A stretch of DNA of 17,271 nucleotides, taken from NCBI GenBank assembly GCA_043750125.1, contig JAYVCD010000055.1, positions 1 to 17,271 on the forward strand. Reading direction: 5' to 3'. Origin of the DNA: Archangiaceae bacterium (lineage in GTDB: Bacteria; Myxococcota; Myxococcia; Myxococcales; Myxococcaceae). Numbering within the stretch: the stretch's first letter is position 1; each line of letters starts with the position of its first letter. Under the pieces are notes generated by a model. It saw only the letters and a program-made list of their open reading frames with translations, was not told the origin of the DNA and did no database searches. Below, piece by piece: positions 1 through 8,400 of this stretch. The position numbers and the translations under genes were made by a program.

Positions 1-2
1 CC

Positions 3-563
3 GCAGGGCTCGAAGTGGTGCTCACCCGCGACGACGACACGTTCGTGAGGCTCGAGGATCGCGCGAAGTTTGCCAACCAGAACAAGGGCGACCTGTTCCT
101 CTCGATTCACTGCAACGCAGCCGTCAGCCGGCAGATGCGGGGCATCGAGACCTACACTCTGAATACTTCGGCCGACCGGTACAGCATTCGGCTGGCGGCG
201 CGCGAGAATTCGAGCTCGGAACGCGGCGTGTCGGATCTGCAGTTCATCCTCGCCGACCTCGCCACCAAGGCGAACACCGACGAATCGGCCCGGCTGGCGC
301 AGCGGGTTCAGAAGTCGCTGGTTCGCGACCTGAGCGCGCAGCACAAAGGCATCAAAGATCTCGGGACGAAGGAAGCGCTTTTCTACGTGCTGCTGGGCGC
401 GAAGATGCCGGCGATCCTCGTCGAGACCTCGTTCATCTCGCACCCCGAAGAAGAGAAGCTGCTCGGCGGAGAAAAGTACCAGTCGGAAATTGCGGTGGCG
501 ATTTCCGACGCGGTTACCGGGTTCCTCGAAGCGCGTGAGGCGAAGCTCGCGCGCATGGACTGA
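3..563 (+). CDS. N-acetylmuramoyl-L-alanine amidase (Amidase_3, AmiA/B/C-like), 5'-truncated by window edge
   Basis: Frame open from the window start. Motifs VVLTRDDD-FV-LEDR-AN, DLFLSIHCNA (Zn-binding His), GIETY and PAILVETSFIS (catalytic Glu). Also has the LAAREN...ILADL insertion typical of autoinhibited cell-separation amidases. Confidence 0.93.
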   Translation, partial: AGLEVVLTRDDDTFVRLEDRAKFANQNKGDLFLSIHCNAAVSRQMRGIETYTLNTSADRYSIRLAARENSSSERGVSDLQFILADLATKANTDESARLAQRVQKSLVRDLSAQHKGIKDLGTKEALFYVLLGAKMPAILVETSFISHPEEEKLLGGEKYQSEIAVAISDAVTGFLEAREAKLARMD

Positions 564-626
564 ACGAAAAGCACGCCGATGTGGCCGCTTCCGCACGCAG
601 CGTGTGCTTGCTCCACCCGCATCAAA

Positions 627-743
627 TTGAACACGTGCCCGCTCACGCGGCCGATAAGTTGAACGACAGGCCCCGCGGCTGCCTGAATTGAAGGACGACG
701 TTCCGCGCGGCCGCCATGAACATGCCAATGGCGAGCTTGAAGG
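627..743. repeat. Degenerate periodic motif (CGCGGCYG...TTGAAS) in convergent intergenic region
   Basis: TTGAA at 627, 659, 688, 737 and ATGAA at 716. CGCGGCYG at 646, 674, 706. Best pair: CGCGGCCG-ATAAG-TTGAACGAC (646-667) vs CGCGGCTG-CCTGAA-TTGAAGGAC (674-696). Confidence 0.4.
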
Positions 744-769
744 TCTCGGCCCTTCCGTTCGGCGACCGT

Positions 770-3406
770 TTACTTCGGAGGCACGGCGCGAAGAATTCCT
801 CCGCCTTCGGTTCCGAGCCAGATTTCCGAAGGTGCCCAGCCGTCGATCGCCGTCACCGCCCGCTGGCTGCCCGAGTCGACCATTCGCCACCCGATGCCAT
901 CGAAGCGCAGCGCAAAGCCGAACGGCACCGGCGTCACCGAGCTGCCGACCGCATAGAGGTTATCGATGCTCGAGCCCCACATTCCCCAGACCACGTCGGG
1001 AAGAATTCCCCCCGGCCCGTTGATGACGGTCAGGTCCGCGGTGTTCCAGTAGGTGCCATAGATCGCATCGCCGAACGCGAACGCCTCGCCTTGACCGGGG
1101 CTCCAGACCGCTCGGTAATCGGCGTGGTTGACGGTGGTCGAGTTGCGAGCCGTCCACACTCCGGTGCCCAGCTTCGAATACAGACTTCCACTGCCTGCGA
1201 CCCACAGCTCGAGATCATTGGGACAGTAGATTGAGAACAGGTCCCGATTTCCTACCGTGCCCTGGCTCTGCAGCAGCGTCGAGCTGCCCTTGTAGAAGGT
1301 ACCGCTCATCCCGACGCCGTACAGGTACTGGCCGCAGTGGCGCAGATCTCGAATCGGGCCGTTGATGCCGCTGGTGGGGATCGCGCTCCAGGCCATTCCG
1401 TCGTAGTGGTAGACGGCGTTGGGCGTCGACACCACGACATCCTTTCCCTTGGCGGCGATTGCGAACAACTCGTTGCCGAAGGGCTGTGAGCTGCCGAGCA
1501 AACGCCAATCTCCGGGGGCGACCCGGGTGTAGACCGAGCCAATCTTGGTGGTGCAGGTGGCATTCAAGCAGTCGTCGACCAGCGCGTAGACCCCAGCATC
1601 GGTGGCGGCGAGATCGCGAACGGTCCCGTAAAAGCCCCGTGAGACCTCGGTGAAGGTTCCAGCCCCATAAGACCAGATCGACCCCAAGTCGCCGACCATG
1701 TAGCCGGTGGTAGAGGCCGCGCCACCGCCGAAGAACCCGCGGGGAATCTGAGGGCCACGCCAGGCGACCAGCCCCCAGCCTTGCGGCATCACGATTCCCG
1801 CGTCCGTTCCGCCGTCCACGGTTCCCCCGTCGGGGTCTCCTGCGTCGGTCTCTCCTGCATCGGGCGGCGCTGGAATTCCGCCGTCGATGATCGAAGCCTT
1901 GGGGTCAAAGAGCAGTGTGTACCCGGCTTTGTTCGAACGACCGCCAATCACCACCCGCCCATCGACCACGCCCAGGGTCGTCGCCTCGGTCAACAGGGGG
2001 ACCGGGGGAAGGCTCGCCGCGGTCCACCCACCGGCGGTGAAGTGCCACAGCTTGTTTCCTCCCACCGCCCACGCTTCACCGCCCGCCGGGTCGATGAGCT
2101 GCGCGGTCGTCAACAGCGTCGCCAGTTGGGTCTGATAAAGCGAGTCCCAGGCCTTCTTCACCGGATCGTATTTGTAGATCGACCCCTGGCTTCCGAGGGT
2201 GACGAAGCCTCCCAGCCCGTCGCCGATCACCGACAGCAGAGTCTCGAAAGACGGGCTGTACTCGGTGATCCAGACGCCCGCGCGGCGCACGAGCACGTCG
2301 TTGCCCTCGCCCACCGCCATTCCGTTCGTTCCGTCGTACCAGAGCGCGCGGGGCTTGCACGATGCGAACACCCCCACGACAGGAGCGGCCGAGGCCCCCT
2401 TCAATTCGATCACCAGGCCTGAGCTTCCGGTCACTCCGACCGCGACTGCGTTGTCGAGCGTCGTCCCGCCGATCGCCTTGAGCACGACCGTCGGAGACGA
2501 GAAGAAACGGGTCCACTTCCCGGTGAGATCGCGGCCAAGAATGGTCGCGTTGGCTCCGACGAATACCGTTCCCAATCCTCCCGGTGCCAGCGCGCCGCCC
2601 CACAGATCGTTGCCGGTCGGGTAGGGGTTTTCATGCAGCCAGCTCGAAGGTCCTACCGCTGAACCCCGAACGCGCACCTGCGCGCTCGCCGACTGCATCC
2701 CCGCCTTGGCGGTCACGGTCGCGAGGCCGGGATCTTTCGCGGTCAACTTGCCCATCGCATCGATGGTCGCGACCCGCGGAGGAAGAACGCTCCAGGTGAC
2801 ATCCACGTCAATCGAGGCCCCCGTTGGGTCGATCACCTTGGCGGTGAACTGCTGCATCTGGCCCACGTCCAGCGTGGTGTCTTTCGGCTCGACCTCCAGC
2901 CGCGCGATGTTGGGCTCGGTCGGACTGGTGAGCCAGAACAAGCCGAGCCGTTCGGTGCGCGCTTCGACAGTCTTGAACTCGACATGGGTGGCCACTCCCG
3001 GCAGCTGAAGGTACGGATCGTTGCCCGACTGGCGCCGGCTGTCGAAGGTGCCCGGGTCGACCGCTTTCGGAACGCGGTCGGGGATCCACGGCATGAAGAT
3101 CTTGATCGGAATGGCGAAGGTCACGCCCGAAGGGCTGAACCGGTAACCGAGGCTGATCCTCTTGCGGCCCGGAACTTCCGGAATTCCGGTGTCGACGATG
3201 GTGACGGTGATGTTCGCCTGAGCGAGCAGCGCGCCTTTAGGAATGTCGAGCAGCACTCCGTCGCGGGCGAAGAGGCCGCCTTCAGGGCCCACGTCGATGG
3301 GGCCGGTGGCTCCGCCGTCCGCTCCGGTATCAACCTTGGGAATGCAGGCCCCCAACAGGCAGACTGCGGCGAGCACCGGCCAACGGCGGTTTGAGTTGGA
3401 AATCAA
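770..3406 (-). CDS. Large surface lipoprotein: ZU5-like domain, Ig-like (Big_2) domain, beta-propeller-type repeats
   Basis: 878 aa, TTG start with AAGGGA 7 nt upstream. Lipobox LGAC (Cys21). VGPEGG...LDIPKGAL...FSPSGVTF (ZU5-like). LEVEPKDTTLDVGQ...VTWS...VATID-GKLTA-PG-ATVTA (Big_2-like). Recurrent ~40-aa units L-A(V/I)W...W/YAVG..G...DG..W. Acidic DAG/DGG linker in the middle. Confidence 0.85.
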   Translation of the reverse strand: MISNSNRRWPVLAAVCLLGACIPKVDTGADGGATGPIDVGPEGGLFARDGVLLDIPKGALLAQANITVTIVDTGIPEVPGRKRISLGYRFSPSGVTFAIPIKIFMPWIPDRVPKAVDPGTFDSRRQSGNDPYLQLPGVATHVEFKTVEARTERLGLFWLTSPTEPNIARLEVEPKDTTLDVGQMQQFTAKVIDPTGASIDVDVTWSVLPPRVATIDAMGKLTAKDPGLATVTAKAGMQSASAQVRVRGSAVGPSSWLHENPYPTGNDLWGGALAPGGLGTVFVGANATILGRDLTGKWTRFFSSPTVVLKAIGGTTLDNAVAVGVTGSSGLVIELKGASAAPVVGVFASCKPRALWYDGTNGMAVGEGNDVLVRRAGVWITEYSPSFETLLSVIGDGLGGFVTLGSQGSIYKYDPVKKAWDSLYQTQLATLLTTAQLIDPAGGEAWAVGGNKLWHFTAGGWTAASLPPVPLLTEATTLGVVDGRVVIGGRSNKAGYTLLFDPKASIIDGGIPAPPDAGETDAGDPDGGTVDGGTDAGIVMPQGWGLVAWRGPQIPRGFFGGGAASTTGYMVGDLGSIWSYGAGTFTEVSRGFYGTVRDLAATDAGVYALVDDCLNATCTTKIGSVYTRVAPGDWRLLGSSQPFGNELFAIAAKGKDVVVSTPNAVYHYDGMAWSAIPTSGINGPIRDLRHCGQYLYGVGMSGTFYKGSSTLLQSQGTVGNRDLFSIYCPNDLELWVAGSGSLYSKLGTGVWTARNSTTVNHADYRAVWSPGQGEAFAFGDAIYGTYWNTADLTVINGPGGILPDVVWGMWGSSIDNLYAVGSSVTPVPFGFALRFDGIGWRMVDSGSQRAVTAIDGWAPSEIWLGTEGGGILRAVPPK

Positions 3407-3456
3407 GGAGCGGTCCCTTATCTCTTCGGCCCAGACGATCCGCGTCTGACTCTATT

Positions 3457-3489
3457 GGAATCGGAAGCTGTTTTGGAACGTTAGCTGCA
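3457..3489 (+). promoter_or_regulatory. Overlapping candidate ECF-sigma (GGAAT-N18-GTT) and sigma54 (TGGAACG-N4-CTGCA) promoters for degP
   Basis: GGAAT at 3457-3461 with CGTT at 3479-3482. GG at 3475-3476 and GC at 3487-3488, the canonical -24/-12 spacing. AAGGA RBS at 3500-3504 before ATG 3512. Confidence 0.5.
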
Positions 3490-3511
3490 TAAGTCACCCA
3501 AGGATGTCGCG

Positions 3512-4933
3512 ATGACGCTCAAGTCCCTCGCTGTCTTCTCGTTTTTGCTGGCTCCCCTCGCCCTCGCTCAACCACAACCGCCGCAGCCGGCTTCGAAAGA
3601 AGCCAGCGCATTGCTTTCGCTGCCTTCGCTGGCCCCGCTGGTCGATTCGGTGCGGTCGGCGGTCGTGAATGTCGACGTCCAGGCCCGGCGCGCCGCTGCG
3701 TCGAATGAGGAAGGGGTCGATGAAGACCAGATGGAACGGTTCTTCGGCCGTGGAGGCGGGGCGAGAAATCAACTGAAGCAAGGAGCCGGCAGCGGCTTCA
3801 TCGTCGACCCGCGGGGCCTGGTCCTCACCAACAACCACGTGGTGGAAGGAGCGGTGATTATTCGCGTGCGCCTGGAAGACGGCCGCGCGTTCGACGGCGA
3901 TGTGCTGGGGCGAGACCCGCTCACCGACCTCGCGCTGATTCGGCTGCGGGGCAAACCCGAGAACCTTCCCGTGGTGCGGCTGGGCGATTCATCGGTGATG
4001 CGGGTCGGTGACTTTGCCGTCGCGATTGGAAACCCGTTCGGTCTGGCCTCGTCAGTCTCGTTGGGCATCGTCTCGGCACTGGACCGCAACATTCATGCGG
4101 GCCCGTATGATCAGTTTCTCCAGACCGATGCGGCGATCAACCCCGGAAACTCCGGCGGCCCCCTGTTCAACCTCAAGGGAGAAGTCATCGGGATCAACAC
4201 TGCAATCGTCGGAGGGGGAACAGGCATCGGGTTCGCAGTCCCTTCGAACGTGGCCCGGGCGCTGATGCCGCAGCTCGAGAAGAACGGCTCGGTCACCCGC
4301 GGTTGGCTGGGGGTCGGGATTCAGGATCTCAACCCCAGCCTCGCGAAGGCGATGGGAATTCCTCAGCAGGAAGGCGCGGTGATCACGGCCGTCAACGACG
4401 GCTCGCCAGCCAAGAAGGGCGGAGTCGTCGAGGACGACGTGGTCGTCTCGATCGACGGCGCCCGGGTCATGTCGGGGGGCGCTCTCTCTCGCACGGTGGC
4501 GCTCAAGCGACCCGACACCGAAGTGAAGCTCGCCGTCTATCGCGGAGGCAAACCGCTCGAGCTGAAGGTCAAGCTCGGCACCCGACCGGACCTCGAGAAC
4601 TTCGCAGCCAAAGCGGCCGCGTCGACCGAGCCGGCCGGAGTCAAACAGCCCCGGGTCGGCTTGAGCTTTCAGGACATGGATCCCCGGTTGGCCGAAAGCG
4701 TCGGCCTGCCCCCGACGGGCGCCCTGGTGGTGGAGGTCACTCCCGGCTCTTCGGCTGAGCGAGCGGGGCTGGCGCGAGGGATGGTGGTGGTCGAGGCGAA
4801 CAAGAAGCCCGTGCGTGGACGGGACGATCTGATGAAGGTGCTGTCCGAGGCCAAAAGCGGAACCGTGCTGTTGATGCGCGTGATGCTTCCGGGCAGCGGA
4901 GGGAAGCGCCTGCAGGCGCTCGAGCTTCCCTGA
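3512..4933 (+). CDS. degP: Do/DegP/HtrA-family periplasmic serine endoprotease with two PDZ domains
   Basis: Signal peptide. GSGFIV, TNNHVV (His), DLAL (Asp), QTDAAINPGNSGGPL (Ser). PDZ1 starts RGWLGV (GSPAKKGG); PDZ2 RVGLSF...PGSSAERAGL. Confidence 0.93.
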   Translation: MTLKSLAVFSFLLAPLALAQPQPPQPASKEASALLSLPSLAPLVDSVRSAVVNVDVQARRAAASNEEGVDEDQMERFFGRGGGARNQLKQGAGSGFIVDPRGLVLTNNHVVEGAVIIRVRLEDGRAFDGDVLGRDPLTDLALIRLRGKPENLPVVRLGDSSVMRVGDFAVAIGNPFGLASSVSLGIVSALDRNIHAGPYDQFLQTDAAINPGNSGGPLFNLKGEVIGINTAIVGGGTGIGFAVPSNVARALMPQLEKNGSVTRGWLGVGIQDLNPSLAKAMGIPQQEGAVITAVNDGSPAKKGGVVEDDVVVSIDGARVMSGGALSRTVALKRPDTEVKLAVYRGGKPLELKVKLGTRPDLENFAAKAAASTEPAGVKQPRVGLSFQDMDPRLAESVGLPPTGALVVEVTPGSSAERAGLARGMVVVEANKKPVRGRDDLMKVLSEAKSGTVLLMRVMLPGSGGKRLQALELP

Positions 4934-4946
4934 AGGGTTCTTGAAA

Positions 4947-4989
4947 AGGGGCCTGGGTGTCAGATGGCTGCACACCCCGGCGCGCCCCT
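4947..4989. terminator. Long imperfect GC-rich hairpin just downstream of degP
   Basis: AGGGGC/GCCCCT, GGGTGT/ACACCC and CAG/CTG stems around an ATGG loop. The only adjacent U-tract (TTTTCAA) is on the minus strand. Confidence 0.4.
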
Positions 4990-5088
4990 GACCGGACTCG
5001 CGACACCGTTGGATTGCGCGCGCGTGTTCCTCTTTCGTGACGGGGACAGGGAAGAGGCGAGAATCTGGCGGGTTGTCTCTGGGCAAAC

Positions 5089-5295
5089 ATGGCCCCCCGA
5101 TTGCTCTACAGCTCTGCCGTGAGGCCCCCCGTGACGCTGAGCGCTGGAAAACACGACAATAAGATCGCACCTCGGGTGGATCTCCCTGTCGGTGGACCGC
5201 GGGAGCTCGTTCCGGTGACGCGCCTTTTCTCGACCAGCTCGGTGTCGGTGGTCAACGGGGTGCTCACTGCCGTTCGAGTCCTCCAGGCCGCCTGA
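5089..5295 (+). CDS. Putative small hypothetical protein (68 aa)
   Basis: ATG-started ORF co-oriented with degP and smc in a 486-nt gap. Protein-like composition (MAPRLLYSS...VSVVNGVLTAVRVLQAA). A hairpin begins at its stop codon. No clear SD sequence. Confidence 0.45.
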   Translation: MAPRLLYSSAVRPPVTLSAGKHDNKIAPRVDLPVGGPRELVPVTRLFSTSSVSVVNGVLTAVRVLQAA

Positions 5296-5312
5296 CCCTT
5301 CACATAGGGTCA
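5293..5312. promoter_or_regulatory. Perfect 7-6-7 inverted repeat (TGACCCT-tcacat-AGGGTCA) upstream of smc
   Basis: Seen directly. About 110 nt upstream of the smc ATG and just upstream of a TTGCTC-N17-GTAACT sigma70-like pair (5331-5359). Confidence 0.35.
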
Positions 5313-5419
5313 CGCGCTGTAGTGTCATGCTTGCTCAGACCCCTTAAGTCGTAGTAACTCCCGCCGCATCTGAGGCCGACTTTTCGGCCCCGTATGCGTT
5401 TCGCGGAGTCCACTTCCCG

Positions 5420-8400
5420 ATGCGGATCAAACGCCTCGACATCACGGGTTTCAAGTCCTTCATGGACCGGGTCGTCTTCCAGTTCGATCTCGGCGTCACC
5501 GGGGTGGTCGGCCCCAACGGCTGCGGAAAATCGAACGTGGTCGACGCCATTCGTTGGGTGATGGGCGAGCAGAGCGCGAAGAACCTTCGCGGCCGCGGAA
5601 TGGAAGACGTGATCTTCAACGGCTCGGAGCTGCATGCGCCGTTGTCGATGGCCGAAGTCACCCTCAGCTTCAAGATCGACGACGGCGACCTGTTGCCTGC
5701 GCCGCTGGCAGGTCTGAGTGAAGTCTCCGTCACCCGGCGCATGTTTCGGGGCAGCAACGAGAGCGAGTACGCGATCAACAAAGTCGCCTGCCGAATGCTC
5801 GACATCACCGAGCTGTTCCTGGGCACCGGCGTCGGGACCCGCGCCTATTCGATCATCGAGCAGGGTCGAGTCGGCCAGATCGTCTCAGCCCGTCCAGAAG
5901 ATCGCCGCTCGTTCATCGAAGAAGCCGCCGGCGTCACCAAGTACAAGGCGCGCCGCAAAGCCGCCGAACGGAAGATGGAGTCGACCCAGGGCAACCTGCT
6001 GCGGGTCAACGACATCGTTCAGGAGCTCGAACGGCGGCTCGAGAGCCTCGAGCGGCAGGCGAAGAAGGCTGAGAAATACAAGAAGCTCAAAGCCGAAATG
6101 CGCGAGCTGGAATTGCACGTGCAGTCGCACCGCTGGCTCGAGCTCAATGCCCAGAAGAAGGTGCTCGAGCTTCAGCTCTCGAGCCTTTCGAACGAGGAGC
6201 GCGAGAGCTATGCCCGGGTGCAGGGGCTCGAAGCTGAAATCGAGCAGCGCCGGGCGACGATCGACGCCGAAGGCCAGGCGATCGAGCATGCCGCGCTCGA
6301 GCTGTCGCTGCTGGAAGGTCAGGAAAAGCTCGACGCCCAGAACCTCGGCCATTGGCGCACCGATGCCGAGAGCATCCGGGCCCGACTCACCAAGGCTCAG
6401 TCGGACGCCGATGCGCTGGCCGAGCGGGGTTCCGAGCTTCAGAGCGCGCTCGAGCAGTGCCAGGCCGAGCTTTCGCAGCTGGCGGTCGGCTCGAAAGAAG
6501 ACGAAGTCGCGCTCCAGGTCTCAGAAGAAGAGATCCGCCGCGTGGGGAACCTCTCGACCGAAGTCGCCGCCCGGCTGGATCTCGAGCGAAAGGAACTGGT
6601 CGAGGCGGTGACGAAGGTCGCCAACCACGAGACGCACCTGACCGATCTGCTCAACCGTCGCGCCGAGCTCGAGCATCGCCGCGGTGGGCACGAAGGCGAG
6701 GTCGAGACGCTGAAGGCGGAAGAGGCCCAACTGGAAGCCGCTCGAGCCGAAGTCCTCGATCGGGTCGGGAACAGCCGCCAGAACGCGCACGAGCTGGCGA
6801 CCCGTCGCACCGACGAAGAATCGCAGCTGTCGCGCACGCGCGAAGAGTTCGCCGAAAATGAGATTCAAGTGATCTGCCTGCGAGAAGAGCTCGCCGACAA
6901 GCGCAGCCGTCTGAACTCGCTGCAGGAAATCGCTCGCAACTACGAGGGGTATGATCGCGGAGTTCGCGCCGTGATGCTGAAGGCGGGCGAAGACCCCAAG
7001 GCGATGGGGGTGTTCGGGGTGGTGTCGGACGTGGTGACCGCTCCGCCGCAATTCGAGAAGGCGATCGAAGCCGCGCTCGGTGAACGGCTGCAGCACATCA
7101 TCGTCGAGACGCCCGAGAAGGGCTTCGAGCTGGTCGAGCATCTGCGCGAGCTGTCTGAAGGGCGATCGACGTTCGTGCCGGTGATCGGCGGCCTGAGCCT
7201 GGCGGCCGTGGAAGGCGATGGGGCGCCGGGAACCCGGGCGATCGACGCTGTCACCGTCACTGAAGAGGTGCTGCGGCCCGTCGTTCAGCTCTTGCTGCAA
7301 GACGTGATGCTGGTTTCGGACCTGGCGATGGCCCGGGAGCAGGCAGTGAAGTTCCCCCTGCTGACCTTCGCGACCGAGAACGGCGAAGTGCTGCGTCCGG
7401 GCGGAGTCGTCACCGGCGGGGTGCTCGAAGGCCCGGCGGTCGGAGCGCTGCAGAAGCGTCGCGAGATCGGCGAGCTCGAGCTGCAGGTCAAGCAACTGGA
7501 AGAGGGCTACAACGAGATCGTCACCCGTCACTACGAGTTGCAGAAGCAGATGGGGCACCGCGAAGGCGTGCTGAAGGCGCTCGCGAAGAACGAGCATGCG
7601 GAAGAAATCAGTCTCGCCACGCACGAGAAGGACCTGACCCAGGCCGGCCAGGGACTGGTGAAATTGCGCGAGCGGATTCGGGTCGTCGACAGCGAGGCGG
7701 CGCAGCTGACCGAAGCGATGCAGCTTTTGAGCAGCGAAGAAGTGTCCTCTCGCGGAGAAGTTGCGCACGGTCAGACCGACCGCGATGCGCGGGACGAGCG
7801 GGTGCGGTTGATGAGCAGCGAGCTCGAGGCGCTCAAGGCCCGCGCCCAGCTTTTGTCCGGCCAGCTGACCGAAGTCAAAGTCCGGGTCGCGTCGGCAAGT
7901 CAGAAAGGCGAGGGCGCTCACCGGGCGGTCGAACAGCTGCAAACCCAGGCGACCGAGACCGCCGCGCGCGCGCAGGCGATCGGAGCCGAGCGGGACGAAG
8001 GCGCCACTCACCTCGAGCTGCGGATGATGCAGATCGAAGAGACCGCAGAACGACAGGCAGCCCGCGCGTCGGCGCTGGCGTCCTCGGGGACGAATCTCGA
8101 GCAGCGTCGCGCCGGTCACACCGAGGCTGCGACGAAGGTTCGTCAAGACGAGGCCGCGCTGAAAGATCTGCGGTCGCGCCTAGACACGGTCATCCACGGC
8201 CTGTCGGAGATTTCGATCAAAGATCGCGAGCTCTCGCTCGAGCAGGACCACCTGGTCGCTACCATTCGTGAGCGCCACGCGATCGAGGTGGGCGATGCGA
8301 TTCACCAATATCACCTGCTGCCGCGCCCGTCGGCCGAGGCCGAGCAGAAGACCAAAGACCTGCGCATTCAGATCGAGCGTATGGGCGAGGTCAACCTGAC

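Noticed and set aside
627..743. Possible mini-CRISPR array
   Set aside because: The shared core is only 5-8 nt, the period (~30 nt) is too short for repeat plus spacer, and no cas genes are present.
5268..5293. tRNA-like T-loop GTTCGAGTCC
   Set aside because: The flanks TGCCG and CCTCC cannot form a T-stem. No acceptor stem, D-arm or CCA end.
4960..5328. 122-aa and 65-aa minus-strand ORFs between degP and smc
   Set aside because: Non-protein-like composition and no RBS. The plus-strand 68-aa ORF is more plausible.
6521..8146. 541-aa minus-strand ORF (also 8180..9016, 4052..5170, 15549..16511)
   Set aside because: Antisense shadows of smc, degP and the MCP genes, expected from GC3 codon bias.
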